The notes under the pieces are model-generated. The model was not told the DNA's origin. It worked only from the letters and a program-made list of their open reading frames with translations, and searched no databases. 64,000 nt of DNA from Octopus bimaculoides (Eukaryota): positions 86,592,448 to 86,656,447 of the forward strand of contig NC_068981.1 in the NCBI RefSeq assembly GCF_001194135.2. Reading direction: 5' to 3'. The position numbers were made by a program, and so were the translations under genes. How positions within the stretch are numbered: the stretch's first letter is position 1; every line of letters begins with the position of its first letter. This document shows positions 52,520 to 64,000 of this stretch, piece after piece.

Positions 52520-53298
52520 CTGAAATCATCTTCCATACAACATCAAATTTCTACTAATGTATCCCATAGCTTAATGATGGTGCCACAAAACATAATAGTT
52601 TTATTTTTTTCTCTTCTAACTACTTGTCCCACCAACTACAATGTATGGTCGATAGAGAACTGAATATGCTGTCAATAGATAATTCAGATGCCAAATGCTG
52701 AACATCAACCAAACACCCAGCCTCAGTCTAGGGAAGCCTTTTTTTTCTTGTTTTGTTTTCACAATAGACTATCACAGAGAATATCTGCTGATACAGTAGG
52801 TTCAGAGCATCAGCAACATTGGTATACAAAGAATAAGTACTGACAGCAGACGGATTCCTGATCAATGACACCTGTCCTTTCGAAAGAAAGCTAAATGAGC
52901 AAGTGCTCTAATTTGGTGAGATATTCCCTAGTTAAAGGCACAGCTATCAGGTTGTAGCACACAATGATTATTTCTACTTGGCATTTTGTATATAGCTTCT
53001 TGGCACATTTACTACTCAATATATTAATTTTTCCTACTGACCCCTCACACACACACACACACACGCACACCTACAATTCCATATCCAACAGAATGCTAAG
53101 CAAGTTAGCAAATTCAGTGCATTCATTGTTAAACAATTATGGCATAAAATTACTTTTCCAGCTGCCAAGATGCATGCCAAGAAAAGACAAGTTGTTTCTG
53201 ACATCTTGTATTTTGTTACTTTAGCACGTACCACTTTGATTTTTGCAGATATAGTATCTAAAATGACATGTTATCTCTTAAGCACATGATGTACTCAC

Positions 53299-53372
53299 CC
53301 TGTTTCAGCTCAAGAGGTGTTTTTCCAAGAGAAATTTCTCCAAAAAGTTTGGTTTTAATGTGTACAACAAGA
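53299..53372 (-). CDS. Candidate exon, unknown protein (LVVHIKTKLFGEISLGKTPLELKQ)
   Basis: Strong acceptor tattcactcttttgcag and strong donor CAGG|gtgagt; 74 bp, open frame phase 2 to 1. Confidence 0.45.
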
Positions 53373-54648
53373 CTGCAAAAGAGTGAATATTGCTGCCATA
53401 CAGAACATATGATGTGTGAGGATTTTGACTAGTGGCTGTTTTGGACAACTGAACAGATGTAGTTATAGTAAAAAGTTGCCATCTAGCATCAGAAGGCAAA
53501 GCCCAAAGTGATTGCTCAAAGCTCAGTTATCATATATTAATGATCTCACTTGCAAAACATTTTTGACTGATCCAAATTGACTAGAACTCTAGCATTTTCT
53601 CTATACAATATATCACATGACCTGGATGCCACTGTCCAGAAGTTTATATGTATATATAGAACCAAAAATTTTGTAAGCTCCTATACAGTCCTCCGACATG
53701 CTAGAAACAGCAGCTGATACTGTCTTTAAAATTGGATAAATGTGGTCCTGGGTTTCCTGCACACAGGGAAAAGATGGAATAGTCATTGCTAAAATACCTT
53801 CAATCACAGGTCTGTTCAATGAGAGCCAACATGATGCTTGAGGATGATGGCAGCACTAACAATGACAATGATAACAACAGCAATCACATAACATTTCAGT
53901 AAGTATTTTGACCCAAAATCTTTAACTCTATATTTTGCAAATTTTTCAGTCTGAAGTAATCTAAAGTGTCCGTTTGCTCATAGCACATCCTTTCTTTTAT
54001 TTTTCCATCTGTGCTACTATACTACAACCAACATAATTGAGGCAAGGTTCAACAACAATAATAATTGTTTAAACTTGATAATTTCCTAATTGGTACATGA
54101 TCACAAATTCGTAGAAAAGAGGAATAGTCAATTGAAGTGACTTTCAATATATTAATGGTAAATATTTGATTGGGCTCAAAAATATGTTCTCTACTGAGTC
54201 AACCATTTATTTCCTGCTCTTCTTCCTATCTACTGTGCAATAATTTCTTGCATTCATATATCAACAAAGGAATATATAAAACCAATAAACTGATTGTGGT
54301 ATATTACTGATATTTTTCCAATGTAGATGAATGACAAACTTTAATAAAGTTTGAACCTACAATGTAAAGGGACTATAAGATCATAAGCATTTTATCTGCC
54401 ACTCTATTGACTTGGCCACCAACTAACCTATATAATGAATCAGAATACAATAAGTAAGTACTGAATGTAGTGATGCAGAAGAAAAGATTAACCACATTAT
54501 CTATCATAAACTGAGTCCATTTAGCTGCAGGGAGATGTTGCAGGATTGCTTGTTTCAATGCCACAAGCAGCAACAATTATGAAATTGGACAAATGGTTTA
54601 ACTTCTTGTTCAAAATACATTTTCAATTCTACTCCCAAGAGAAATCAC

Positions 54649-54696
54649 CTGTGGTAGATTGTTTTCTTATCCAAGAGGAGATTTGTCTCTTGTATG
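54649..54696 (-). CDS. Candidate 48-bp exon (IQETNLLLDKKTIYH)
   Basis: Acceptor ctattgttttaag, donor CAG|gtgatt; phase 2 to 2, splices in frame to 53372. Confidence 0.25.
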
Positions 54697-54754
54697 CTTA
54701 AAACAATAGATTAGAATAATTCCTGTAGTCTATAGAGGTCAGTTATAATAAAAA

Positions 54755-55745
54755 AAATTTTCTACTGTAGGCACAAGACCAGCAATTTTAGAGAGAGGGA
54801 GTATATGGACAACATTAATCCCAGTACTCGATAGGTACTGTATTTTATTGACCTTAAAAGGATGAAAGGCAAAGTTGATCTTGTTAGAATTTGAGCTCAG
54901 TAAAACAGCAAGAAGAAACACTGCTAAGCATTTTGTCCAATGCATTAACAGTTCTGTGAGCTGTAATTTAGACACAAGGCCAAAAAGTTTCAATGAAGTA
55001 GGGTTAGTTGAGACTGTCAATTCAAATATTTGATTAATACATTATTTTATTGAAAGCAAAGTAACCTAAGTGGATTTGAACTCAGAATGTAGCCATTGGG
55101 AAGAATGCTATAAGGTATTTTTTTTGACACTGTATTGTTTCTGCCAATCCACTAACCAAAATTAAATGCTTCTAATTTAGTACAAGGATAGTAATGTTGA
55201 TAGGGGAGGTACCTAGTTGATTATATTAAGCCCAACACTTGATTGGTACTTTATTTTATCAATTCTGGAGGGATTAAAGGCAAAGCTGACCTTGGTAAGA
55301 TTTGAACACAGAATATAAGGAGCCAGAACAAATACTGTTTCCAACATTCTGACAATCAACTAATTAGTAATAATCTTTTCTACTAAATACTAAAGGCACA
55401 AAGACTGAAATTTTGGGGGAGGGGACTAGTTAATTACATTGACTCCAGTCATTAACTGGCACTTATTTTATTGACCCCAAAAAGATGAAAGACAGAATTG
55501 ATCTTGGAGGAATTTGAACTCAGAACATAAAGTCAGATGAAAGGCTGCTAAACATTTTGTCTGGCATGCTAACAATTCTGCTAGATTACCACCTTTAACT
55601 AAATGGTAATAATATTAATAATAATTGTTCCAGAACACAAGTTTTGGCATAAATCTAGCAATTCTAGGGGTAGGTGGGATTAGTTGATTACATTAGCTCT
55701 AGTATTTTACTCGTATTTAATTTTTTGAAAGACAAAATTGACTTT
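54755..55745 (-). mobile_element. Head-to-tail array of five second-family SINE copies
   Basis: The ~200-bp module GGCACAAG..C...ATT.A.CCCAG...GGTAC..ATTTTAT.GAC...AAAG...GAAAG.CAAAGTTGA.CT...GAATTTGAACTCAG is repeated five times in the same orientation. Confidence 0.75.
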
Positions 55746-55749
55746 CATG

Positions 55750-56330
55750 AATAATAATAATAATAATAATAATAATTTCTTTTATTAATGACAGAGGCAT
55801 AGATGAGGGGAACATCACAAAGACAGGCAACAATTTGTGTGAGGATATACATAAAGGATAGGGAGAAAGAAATGGTAAAAAAAAAACTGAAATGTGACAA
55901 AAGCATACATAGTATACAAAGTAAGTGATAACATGAATGATGCAGGGTCAACCAAGGAACTCCACAGATCAAGGATTACCCTGATCACCAAAGGCAGGAG
56001 TCCTTTCCCAAATGTAGCTCTCCAATCAACAGCTGCATGCTTAGAATAGGGCCATTCACTTTAAAACATTTTTGCTACAATCACCTATCTTTTCACCAGT
56101 TCCCTGAGAGGTAGCACCTCCTTCTCCACAGTCACTTTCCTCTCCAAGTGGAACTTAAAAAGTCAATAAGGAGTTGACCGAAGAGGAAGGTGTCTTTTCT
56201 TAATCCTTTCAGCTTCATCCACCACACAACCTCTTCTGCCATAGCTTCTTGACAGAGGAATACTGCCTGCCCTGTCTTGTCAAATGTGGGTGGTAGGGTG
56301 AACCTCATGATGGCTTTGGACCACACATGA
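55750..56330 (-). mobile_element. 5'-truncated Tx1/L1-clade LINE 3' end
   Basis: Minus strand WSKAIMRFTLPPTFDKTGQAVFLCQEAMAEEVVWWMKLKGLRKDTFLFGQLLIDF...VNGPILS, then AATAAAG and a (TTA)n tail. Confidence 0.7.
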
Positions 56331-58018
56331 TAATTATAAGTTCTAAAAAGCATAACTGAAGACTCAGAAAATAACATTTTCCTTTTGAGCAGAAAGTATA
56401 TATCAAAGGATTATACTTGGCTGTTTAGATCAACGGACTCTTCATCAAGTAAATGAGTATGAAAGAAAAGGACCTGCCTACAAAATAAGATCAACTACAG
56501 ATAGTATTTGATAATGTTTCTCATATTTGCTTTCTGCACATAATAAAAAGTGACAGATACTACCTTTTAGAAATATGATTGGTGATTTAAATTTAGACAT
56601 TAATTTGGTCAGGTCCAATAATAATAATATCAGAATGTGTGATGTCTGAGTTAAAACTGCTGTTTCAAGGAGATTCCATTTTCCTTTTACTATTTGGTTA
56701 AAATTTGGCATCACTGATATAGTAGAAATATAGCAAAGAAAAGAGATAGATAGATTACAGTCACATATGCTTTAAAATTAACTTAATAGCCTACAGAATA
56801 AAATTGAGATATCTAGGAAAGATATTAACAGTGTTTGGATTAGACAAATAATGTGTTTAAAAGAAAAGCTATCAGAGGGAAGTAGAAAGCAAAGCATATA
56901 AATAAACTGGATGTATATTTAGGAAAGCGTAAATTCATCACAAACAAATAACAGCCAAATTTTTACAAAGAATATGGATGCATAAAAAAACTCATTTTCT
57001 CCTGACAAAACTAAATTTGTCAACAGTTTGACCACTCCAATGATGTTATATATTACTGGTTTTATTGATCAGATCTGGCATAAAAGGAATTGACAAGAAA
57101 ACTAGAAAGATGCTGACAATACACAAAATATAATCACCCTGAAGTAGATATTCATTAATTTTACATGAAGCAGGAAAATGGAAGATGGGGACTAGTTTCA
57201 TGATTGCCAGGGTAGGCTTGCACACATACACTAACTCCCAGTAAAGAGGCTTAATAATAGCAGTGAAAGACTATGAAAATAGTAAGAAAAAAAAAATCAA
57301 ATATCTAACAACAGTGAGAGTTATTGAAGAGATCAATTATGCTAACAATCCTTACCTCTAAGTCTTATAAAAATACTAATCAATGTCTCCAGATATATAA
57401 TGCACAATACCAAGAACATTTTAAGCCTAATATTATATACAATGTACTCAGGAAAGATGAGCACCATTTTACATGGGTAATACCTTACAGAACTTTATGA
57501 CTAAAGAATAAAAAAATGCAGAAATAGTAATATGGATCAAAAATGCAGGACTGAAGGGGCAATAGAGAGCCCTCACTGGTTGTAGCAATGTAAGACTGAT
57601 TAGGCACCATTAACAGACATACTGTTCAGTTACTATATAGTAAAGGTACTACAGCAAAATGCAGGCTTAGTGGGTTATTTAACAAAACTATTATTAAATA
57701 AATAAGGATATGATAAAGTTGCTAGATATGTTCTCTCACATGTAAAGAAAGTTACAGGAGTTGAATGAAGTGCCACAAAACTAACAGCAATGCAATTCTC
57801 CTAACATTGTGATACATGAGTGGTGGTGGTGGTGGGGATATACAATCATTTGAGATAGAGCTATCAATATAGACAGAATACAATTAAAGGTAATTACACA
57901 GAAGTCATAAGATAGAGGAAAGTTAGCATGCCAACAAATGGTTGTGTCTAGAACACCACTGGCAACAAGGCAAAAAAATTTTTTAAATCAAAATGAAAAA
58001 AAAAAAAAAATCACTTAC

Positions 58019-58078
58019 TAGAAATGGAAATAAAAGAGATATGAAGCGATATAATGGTTGTATTTATTATAATAGGAA
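58019..58078 (-). other. Candidate 60-bp exon (coding or 5'UTR)
   Basis: Acceptor gttctttttttttatggccaaag and donor CTA|gtaagt. Two frames are open, but the peptides are low-complexity. Confidence 0.3.
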
Positions 58079-58799
58079 CTTTGGCCATAAAAAAAAAGAA
58101 CATCAAATATTAGATTAGTCTCAACACTGTCCTAGCTATACCAAAAAAAAAAAAAATTGTTTGACACTAATTTATTTAAAAGGTTTAGCTTGAAAAAAAC
58201 TAAACCTTAGGTGGATGCTTGTTAATTATGACATCCATACTAGCAAAATAGCTAAGAAGTTACAACACAGAATCAACAATAGAAATGATTTCGAAAATAG
58301 GCATCGGTCACAAGATTCTGGGGGAGGGGTCCAGTTTGCTTAAATCGACTCTAGAAAATTAAAAAAAAACTCCCTATCCAGACTATTTATGCTTTTTACT
58401 ACCATTTCCCCTGCTGATTAGGTTACCTAGGTAGCAGAAGCTATTAATTACTAATGAGCCATCTGGGGGATTTGCACTACTTCATCTCTTGCTTACTTTC
58501 GTACATGTAAAGTCTTCCTCTTTCAACTTATCTAAAAGTACACTGCACCTTTTGTGCATCCGTAGTTTACATCGATTAACCACTACAGAGTTCTGACTAA
58601 CCTCCTTTCTGCATAGCGATTGTTATGACTAGTTCACAAATAGCAGTAGAAATAGTGTTTTCTTTACTACATATCTCCCGAATACACAACTCGCCCATAA
58701 TTTATATATATCTAATCAAGGTAGAAAGAATACTTCTTAATCCATCAGGCATTTTATCTGAATAATCTAATATTTTCAAATCCAGAAGTATCAGATATT

Positions 58800-60050
58800 T
58801 TTAAACATTCTTATTTCTAGAGAAACCGGTATTTTTATCGCCAGTTTTTGAAAGCGCCGTCCTGTAACGATACAGCAAAATTATCGGCTACTGTCTAGCC
58901 ATGACCCGTTTATTTGCATAATAAAGCAGCTAAGATAAACAAGTATGAGTTTATGAAGAAATTACACCACGTTGATTCAGTTAAAGAAAACGGCGACAGT
59001 ACAGTGAACTTGTTTCACATCACATGGGTAAAAAAAATCACAATAATTTCGCCATGAGGGAAGAAGGAATCGTTATTTAGAAACTAGGTCAACTCTGATC
59101 GAACATTTCTATGATCGAAAGTGATCTAGCCGTGACGATCGCATCACTTTTTAGACTACATCATCTAATATCCCTTTCCATTTTTAAGACGATAGGGTAT
59201 GATGAGAGGGAAATTAGCTGCTATTTCTAGCATGAGCAATCGCATAGTGACTCGCTCGCTGGACGGGCGAAAGACATCGTGGAAGATACGAGCAGAGTTA
59301 GTCGAAAGAAAATATTCTTTGTTGAATGATTTTCATTTCAAACCATAGTTTTATTCCCTCGATCTGCTGCTCTAGCTCACTCCCTACAAAGTTTATACAT
59401 CTCTTCTATAAAATAAGTTTTAAACTACCGTCTTTAGTAATTTCTCTTACTCTTTCAAATTTGCCCTATTTGTCCGCTCCCACTTTCTGTCGATCTCACC
59501 AACTTATACTCACAATGGAAACTGTCTTTAATATTTATTTCAGGAGGATGAAACAAGCTTGTTGATAAATTGGACAAGTTGTTTGTTTATAGAACTATTC
59601 GGAACTAACATATCGGAAATAGAACCATAGATTTTCCTTATATATAAACTGAGTGAAAGTTAATATGATGAATCATCAATATTATGTTTTCTGGAGGAAC
59701 GGCTTGTCATTAAGTGCGGAAAGTACGCCTAAGTAGTTGCGTCAAAGGAAATAATCGCCCACGTCACAAGAAACAACATGTGATAGAAATGGGGAAACTA
59801 GACAACATATAAATAATTCTTTTAAACTGCACCTTGCACTAATCAGTGCGTCTTTCACCCTATATCTGTTTGTATCTCACGCCCATAGATACACTAGGAG
59901 TACGTTTTTATTATACAACGGGTGATATGTGAGCGAACTTTTTATTGAAAATTTGTGCAGTAAACTTCAGACAACTTGGAAATAGAAACATGTGTAGTTG
60001 TCTTAGAGCGCGCACACACACACACACAGATCAATGTTTAAATAGGTCCC
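58800..60050. promoter_or_regulatory. CpG-retaining promoter-like region
   Basis: By eye, CpG density is several-fold above the rest of the unique sequence, with no TE motif recognised. Contains ATTTGCAT octamer (~58914), TGCGTCA (~59738), CCACGTCA (59759-59766) and a minus-strand donor CATT|gtgagt near 59516. Confidence 0.5.
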
Positions 60051-60599
60051 AGCACAAACATAACAACTGCAGTGTATTCATTGTTATTTTTATCCTATGT
60101 ACTTCGAATTCAAATCCCACCAAAGTCTACTCTATGACTTTGCCCACCATCTCTCTAGGATATACTGAGCTCGATAGAATGGACAAAACCCCAATCCTCA
60201 AAATTGATGGCCTTGTATCAAAATTAGAAAGCATCAACTATGTACTTAAAGGCAGCAAATTAGCAGAATCGTTAGAACGTCGATCTGACTCTTTACAGCC
60301 TGGGTTCAAATCCCGCCGGAGTCAGCTTTGCCTTTCATCCTCCGTATTTTATAAATTGAAGTATAATTGAACTACTTGTATTGACTAATCATCTCCCTTC
60401 GAAATAGGCGGCTTTCTGCCAAAAATTAGACATTTATTAACTATTAAGTACTCTTTCATTTCGACTGTATCAAAGATTACTCACACACACACACATATAT
60501 ATATACACACACATACACACGTTGTTTTTCACAGACACACAAACATATATCTTAGCTGCTTTCTCGTATACAAGCAAAGCCATTGCTTGAAGGAATAAC

Positions 60600-62245
60600 T
60601 GAAATGAGTCAATGTTGATGCAATGTGAGGCCCTTGTATGACTCTTGAGTCTGGCGAAAGTTTTGCACATTCTATTACATAATGCATAACTGTGCTGCTA
60701 GCAGAAAGAACTGGTGCCACAGTATGAACTTTTTGGACTTGCCTTTTCAGTCCTCCAATTGAGAGGCACACCATGCCACATGTTACACATGTTCTGTTGT
60801 GAACAATAGCCACATGGGTCAATTCCTGTGAGTTCTCTGTTGACTGACCAGGCCTGCAAAACTCAAGCACCTCCTCCCACAGATCAAATACACAAAACGC
60901 AACACTCCCTCGTTCTCCACAGGTTCATTCCTTCTAAGCTTTCTCCCAATCTTCTTGTGCTTCATTCTCTCTCCCACAAACCCCGGACAACCACTGTGCA
61001 CTCTCTTCCTCCATCCATCTTGGTCTTGTGTTCCCCTCTCCCAATCAATAACTGAAATTCTTGTCTGAGTCGGAGCAATTCTGAGGCAGTTCTTGCACCT
61101 CATTTTGGGTTTATGTGCTGGTCTCCTACCGTCTTCTAGCTCACCATACAGAAGTTGCTTGGGAAGTTTTTCATCATTCATTCTTACCAGGTGTCCATCC
61201 CACCTCAAATGCCTTAGCAGAATCATTGATTCTACACTTCTACTACCACTTCTCTCAAGTACCTCCACATCACTCATGGCCATTTTCCAATTTATCCCAA
61301 GAATTTTCCTAAGAAAATAATGACGATATTGTTCAACAACCCAGGTCTCACTTCCATATAGCAAAGATGGCAGGACGCATGTTATAAACCCTAACTTTAA
61401 TTTGGAAAGATATACTATAGCATGACCAGAGGCACTTGTCAATTTTACACTACTAGCCTTGCTGATTCTATATGAAATTTCACCAAGTTCCAGCAGTGCT
61501 CAAAGTACTTCCTAAATAAATGAATTTAGTTACAACTTACAACCTTTGACCATTCACAGTTATAGAAGGTCCCACATAAAGCTTAGAGGGGACAGGCTGG
61601 TACATTAGAACAGTTTTTTTTAAGTTGATTGTAAAACCCAATGCTGTACATGCTACAGAAATCACATTTATTATGTGTTACATATCATCATCATCGTTTA
61701 ACGTCCGCTTTCCATGCTAGCATGGGTTGGACGATTTGACTGAGGACTGGTGAAACCGGATGGCAACACCAGGCTCCAATCTAATTTGGCAGAGTTTCTA
61801 CAGCTGGATGCAATGTGCAGAAGCAATCTACCCAGCATTACCCTATAAAGGACCTTTTCAGCAACAACTAACAGACAGATGCCATGAAAATTATCACAGA
61901 CATCCTTTCCACCTTTCGATTAATAGAGTATCTCCACAATTGCATCATGCCAATCCCGAGGAACCACTTCACTATGCCAAACCCTCTGAATCAAATCTAT
62001 CAATATTGTACAGAAATGTTTACCATCATATTTGTATATCTCTGCACCTAATCCATCCATACCAAGAGCCTTTTCATTGTTCAATTTCCTGATTGCTGCT
62101 TTTATTTCAGCCAGGTTTGGAACCTCTGCTAAAAGATGTTTTGTTGGTCTTTCAGGTATATTACCAAGAACAGAGAGATCAACTTCAGTAGGTCTATTGA
62201 GCAACTCATCAAAATAAAAGCAGCTACTGGGAAATTGAACAATGG
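60600..62245 (-). mobile_element. RTE-clade LINE ORF2 remnant with C-terminal zinc-finger-like repeats
   Basis: LLNRPT...AEIKAAIRKLNNEKALGMDGLGAEIYK; VNGQRL.VV.KF.YLGSTL; LLYGSETW...LRKILGINW...LRWDGHLVRM...LPKQLLYGEL; three CxxC..H-like motifs. Interrupted by a SINE tail at 61684-61811. Confidence 0.85.
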
Positions 62246-62251
62246 AAATAA

Positions 62252-62318
<67 letters not shown>

Positions 62319-62329
62319 AATTTTATCCC

Positions 62330-62960
62330 AAAAAGCTGTGGCCATGCTGGGGCCCTACTAGTATCATCACTTTTTCAAAGGCTATTCTCATGTGATTGGC
62401 TTTTGATTGAGGGGGTTTGATATTGCTGCCTACTTTGAGCTTCTTACCATGACGTAGGTTTACCTGGGATATTGGACAGCGGGAGGTTAGTTGCACTCCA
62501 TGTAGATCTCTCAGATTTTTGGGTAAGATATTAAATAGCTGTAGGTCTTTGAATCCCAAGCTATTGTAGTACTGGGTCTTCCATCTAGACTAGAAAGGTG
62601 CGAGCTTTAGAACACTGCAGTAGTGTCCTGTTCAGTGGTTGGCATAACCCTCAATGTCAAAGTTTGGTGCCAACCCCTCTCGGATCTTCCACATGTATAT
62701 CACTGCATATTTCTCCCATATTCGTTCCAGTGGGGAGAGTTGTAATTCTTTCAGTCTTTCCCACTCAACTGTTTCAAGTGAAGCACTACTCAACTGTCTT
62801 GAATTCCACAATTAATTTATCAGTAGGGTGAACATAGTTGAGAGATGTAGTCCAGACGGCTGAGAACAAATGCCTTCCATTGGACAAGCATAATTTTCTG
62901 GACCCTTGATCTGAAACATCTAAGAACCCATCTAGTCACATGCCTGCACATAGCCATTAT
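62330..62960 (-). mobile_element. CR1-like LINE ORF2 C-terminal remnant
   Basis: WVLRCFRSR...MLVQWKAFVLSRLDYISQLCSPY and GFK.LQLFNILPKNLRDLHGV. Confidence 0.65.
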
Positions 62961-63593
62961 GAGATGTACTGATATCACCATCTTAGTGATATATATATCC
63001 AAATCTATCTATATATGTATATTTTTGTATTTTGTATGAGGCAAATGTCCACCAGTGCGCTCATAAAAGATCATATGCTACTTGTTGCTGTCTACCGTAC
63101 ATTATTCTCAAATTAATGGGCTCCCATAGAGTCCATGAATATTATAAATAATACCTAACAATATCCTATGAGTATGATGAGGTGGTCCTATAAAAATACA
63201 TATCATGCCTAAACATATGTAGCAATGCATTAATAAAAATATAAAATCTCCATCCATGAAATATTTCTTGTTATTAATATGTGTGTGTGGATGACGGCAT
63301 AGTTGTATGGTTCCATAGGTGTCAGGTCCAATCCCACTGGCTGATATCTTGGGTAAGTGCTTTTATAGCTTCAGAGTAACAAAAGCTTACGAGTGAAATT
63401 AACTAAATTCCACATGAGAATTAAGTCAAGGATACACTCATCAGTGAAATACTTGTCCAGTTTGCATGCTAATACATAGAAAAACAGGATATTCAAAGCT
63501 CAAAATAGAAAGCAAAGCCTAAACATGTGTGTACGTGCACATGCACTCACACAAAAATACACTTAAATACAAATACATATGAAAATAAATATC

Positions 63594-63624
<31 letters not shown>

Positions 63625-63753
63625 CATCTACACACACATATATACATATTTCTGCAAAGGACAGGTGTCCCATCCCGGGAGGAATATACAAGCTAGAGAA
63701 ACCAGAAACTGGCCCTACACTCCTTACAAAAGAATGTGGACTAGCCATTTATA

Positions 63754-63794
<41 letters not shown>

Positions 63795-63799
63795 TCATC

Positions 63800-63948
63800 A
63801 TCATCATCATCGTTTAACGTCCGCTTTCCATGCTAGCATGGGTTGGACGATTTGACTGAGGACTGGTGAAACCGGATGGCAACACCAGGCTCCAATCTAA
63901 TTTGGCAGAGTTTCTACAGCTGGATGCCCTTCCTAACGCCAACCACTC
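63800..63948 (-). mobile_element. Young RTE-type 3' tail; first 128 bp identical to 61684-61811
   Basis: CpGs are intact. Both copies share CCAATCTAATT, whereas the 24.2-kb copy has CCAGTCTGATT. Confidence 0.85.
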
Positions 63949-64000
63949 TATATATGTATATATAATATTTATATACAAATAAATATATATATCATCATAT

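Larger units (their letters stand above)
50984..54235 (+). repeat. Identical 99-bp direct duplication (50984-51082 and 54137-54235)
   Basis: GTGACTTTCAATATATTAATGG...TTCCTATCTACTG is identical in both places, 3153 bp apart. Confidence 0.95.

Noticed and set aside
56387-56479. Overlapping exon-like patterns on both strands (SIYQRIILGCLDQRTLHQ on +, VLFFHTHLLDEESVDLNSQ on -)
   Set aside because: Mutually competing, with weak donors, and neither fits the phase chain; this illustrates the chance background.

Overview
AT-rich animal genomic DNA from a gapped short-read scaffold (8 N-runs, mostly flanked by (TA)n/(CA)n/(GA)n arrays). The repeat families look like those of Octopus; this is inferred from recognising the repeats, not proven. 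Most of the window is intron-like or intergenic DNA packed with transposon relics: RTE, CR1-like and Tx1 LINE fragments, a Penelope-like retroelement with a decayed hammerhead motif, two or three tRNA-derived SINE families, a mariner remnant, a non-autonomous Helitron, and hAT-, piggyBac- and TcMar-type MITEs. No host gene could be named. The best non-repeat coding signal is a minus-strand, Gln/Leu/Tyr-rich helical ORF at 16112-16684. It could be a spliced 201-aa orphan gene or the back half of a frameshifted ~306-aa gene. A CpG-retaining, promoter-like region lies at ~58.8-60 kb, with weak candidate exons on both strands. Several near-perfect short local copies (90-134 bp, inverted or direct) and fold-back structures are either templated insertions or assembly artefacts. 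A 19-bp minisatellite appears to derive from a SINE 5' end. No rRNA, genuine tRNA or CRISPR array is supported.
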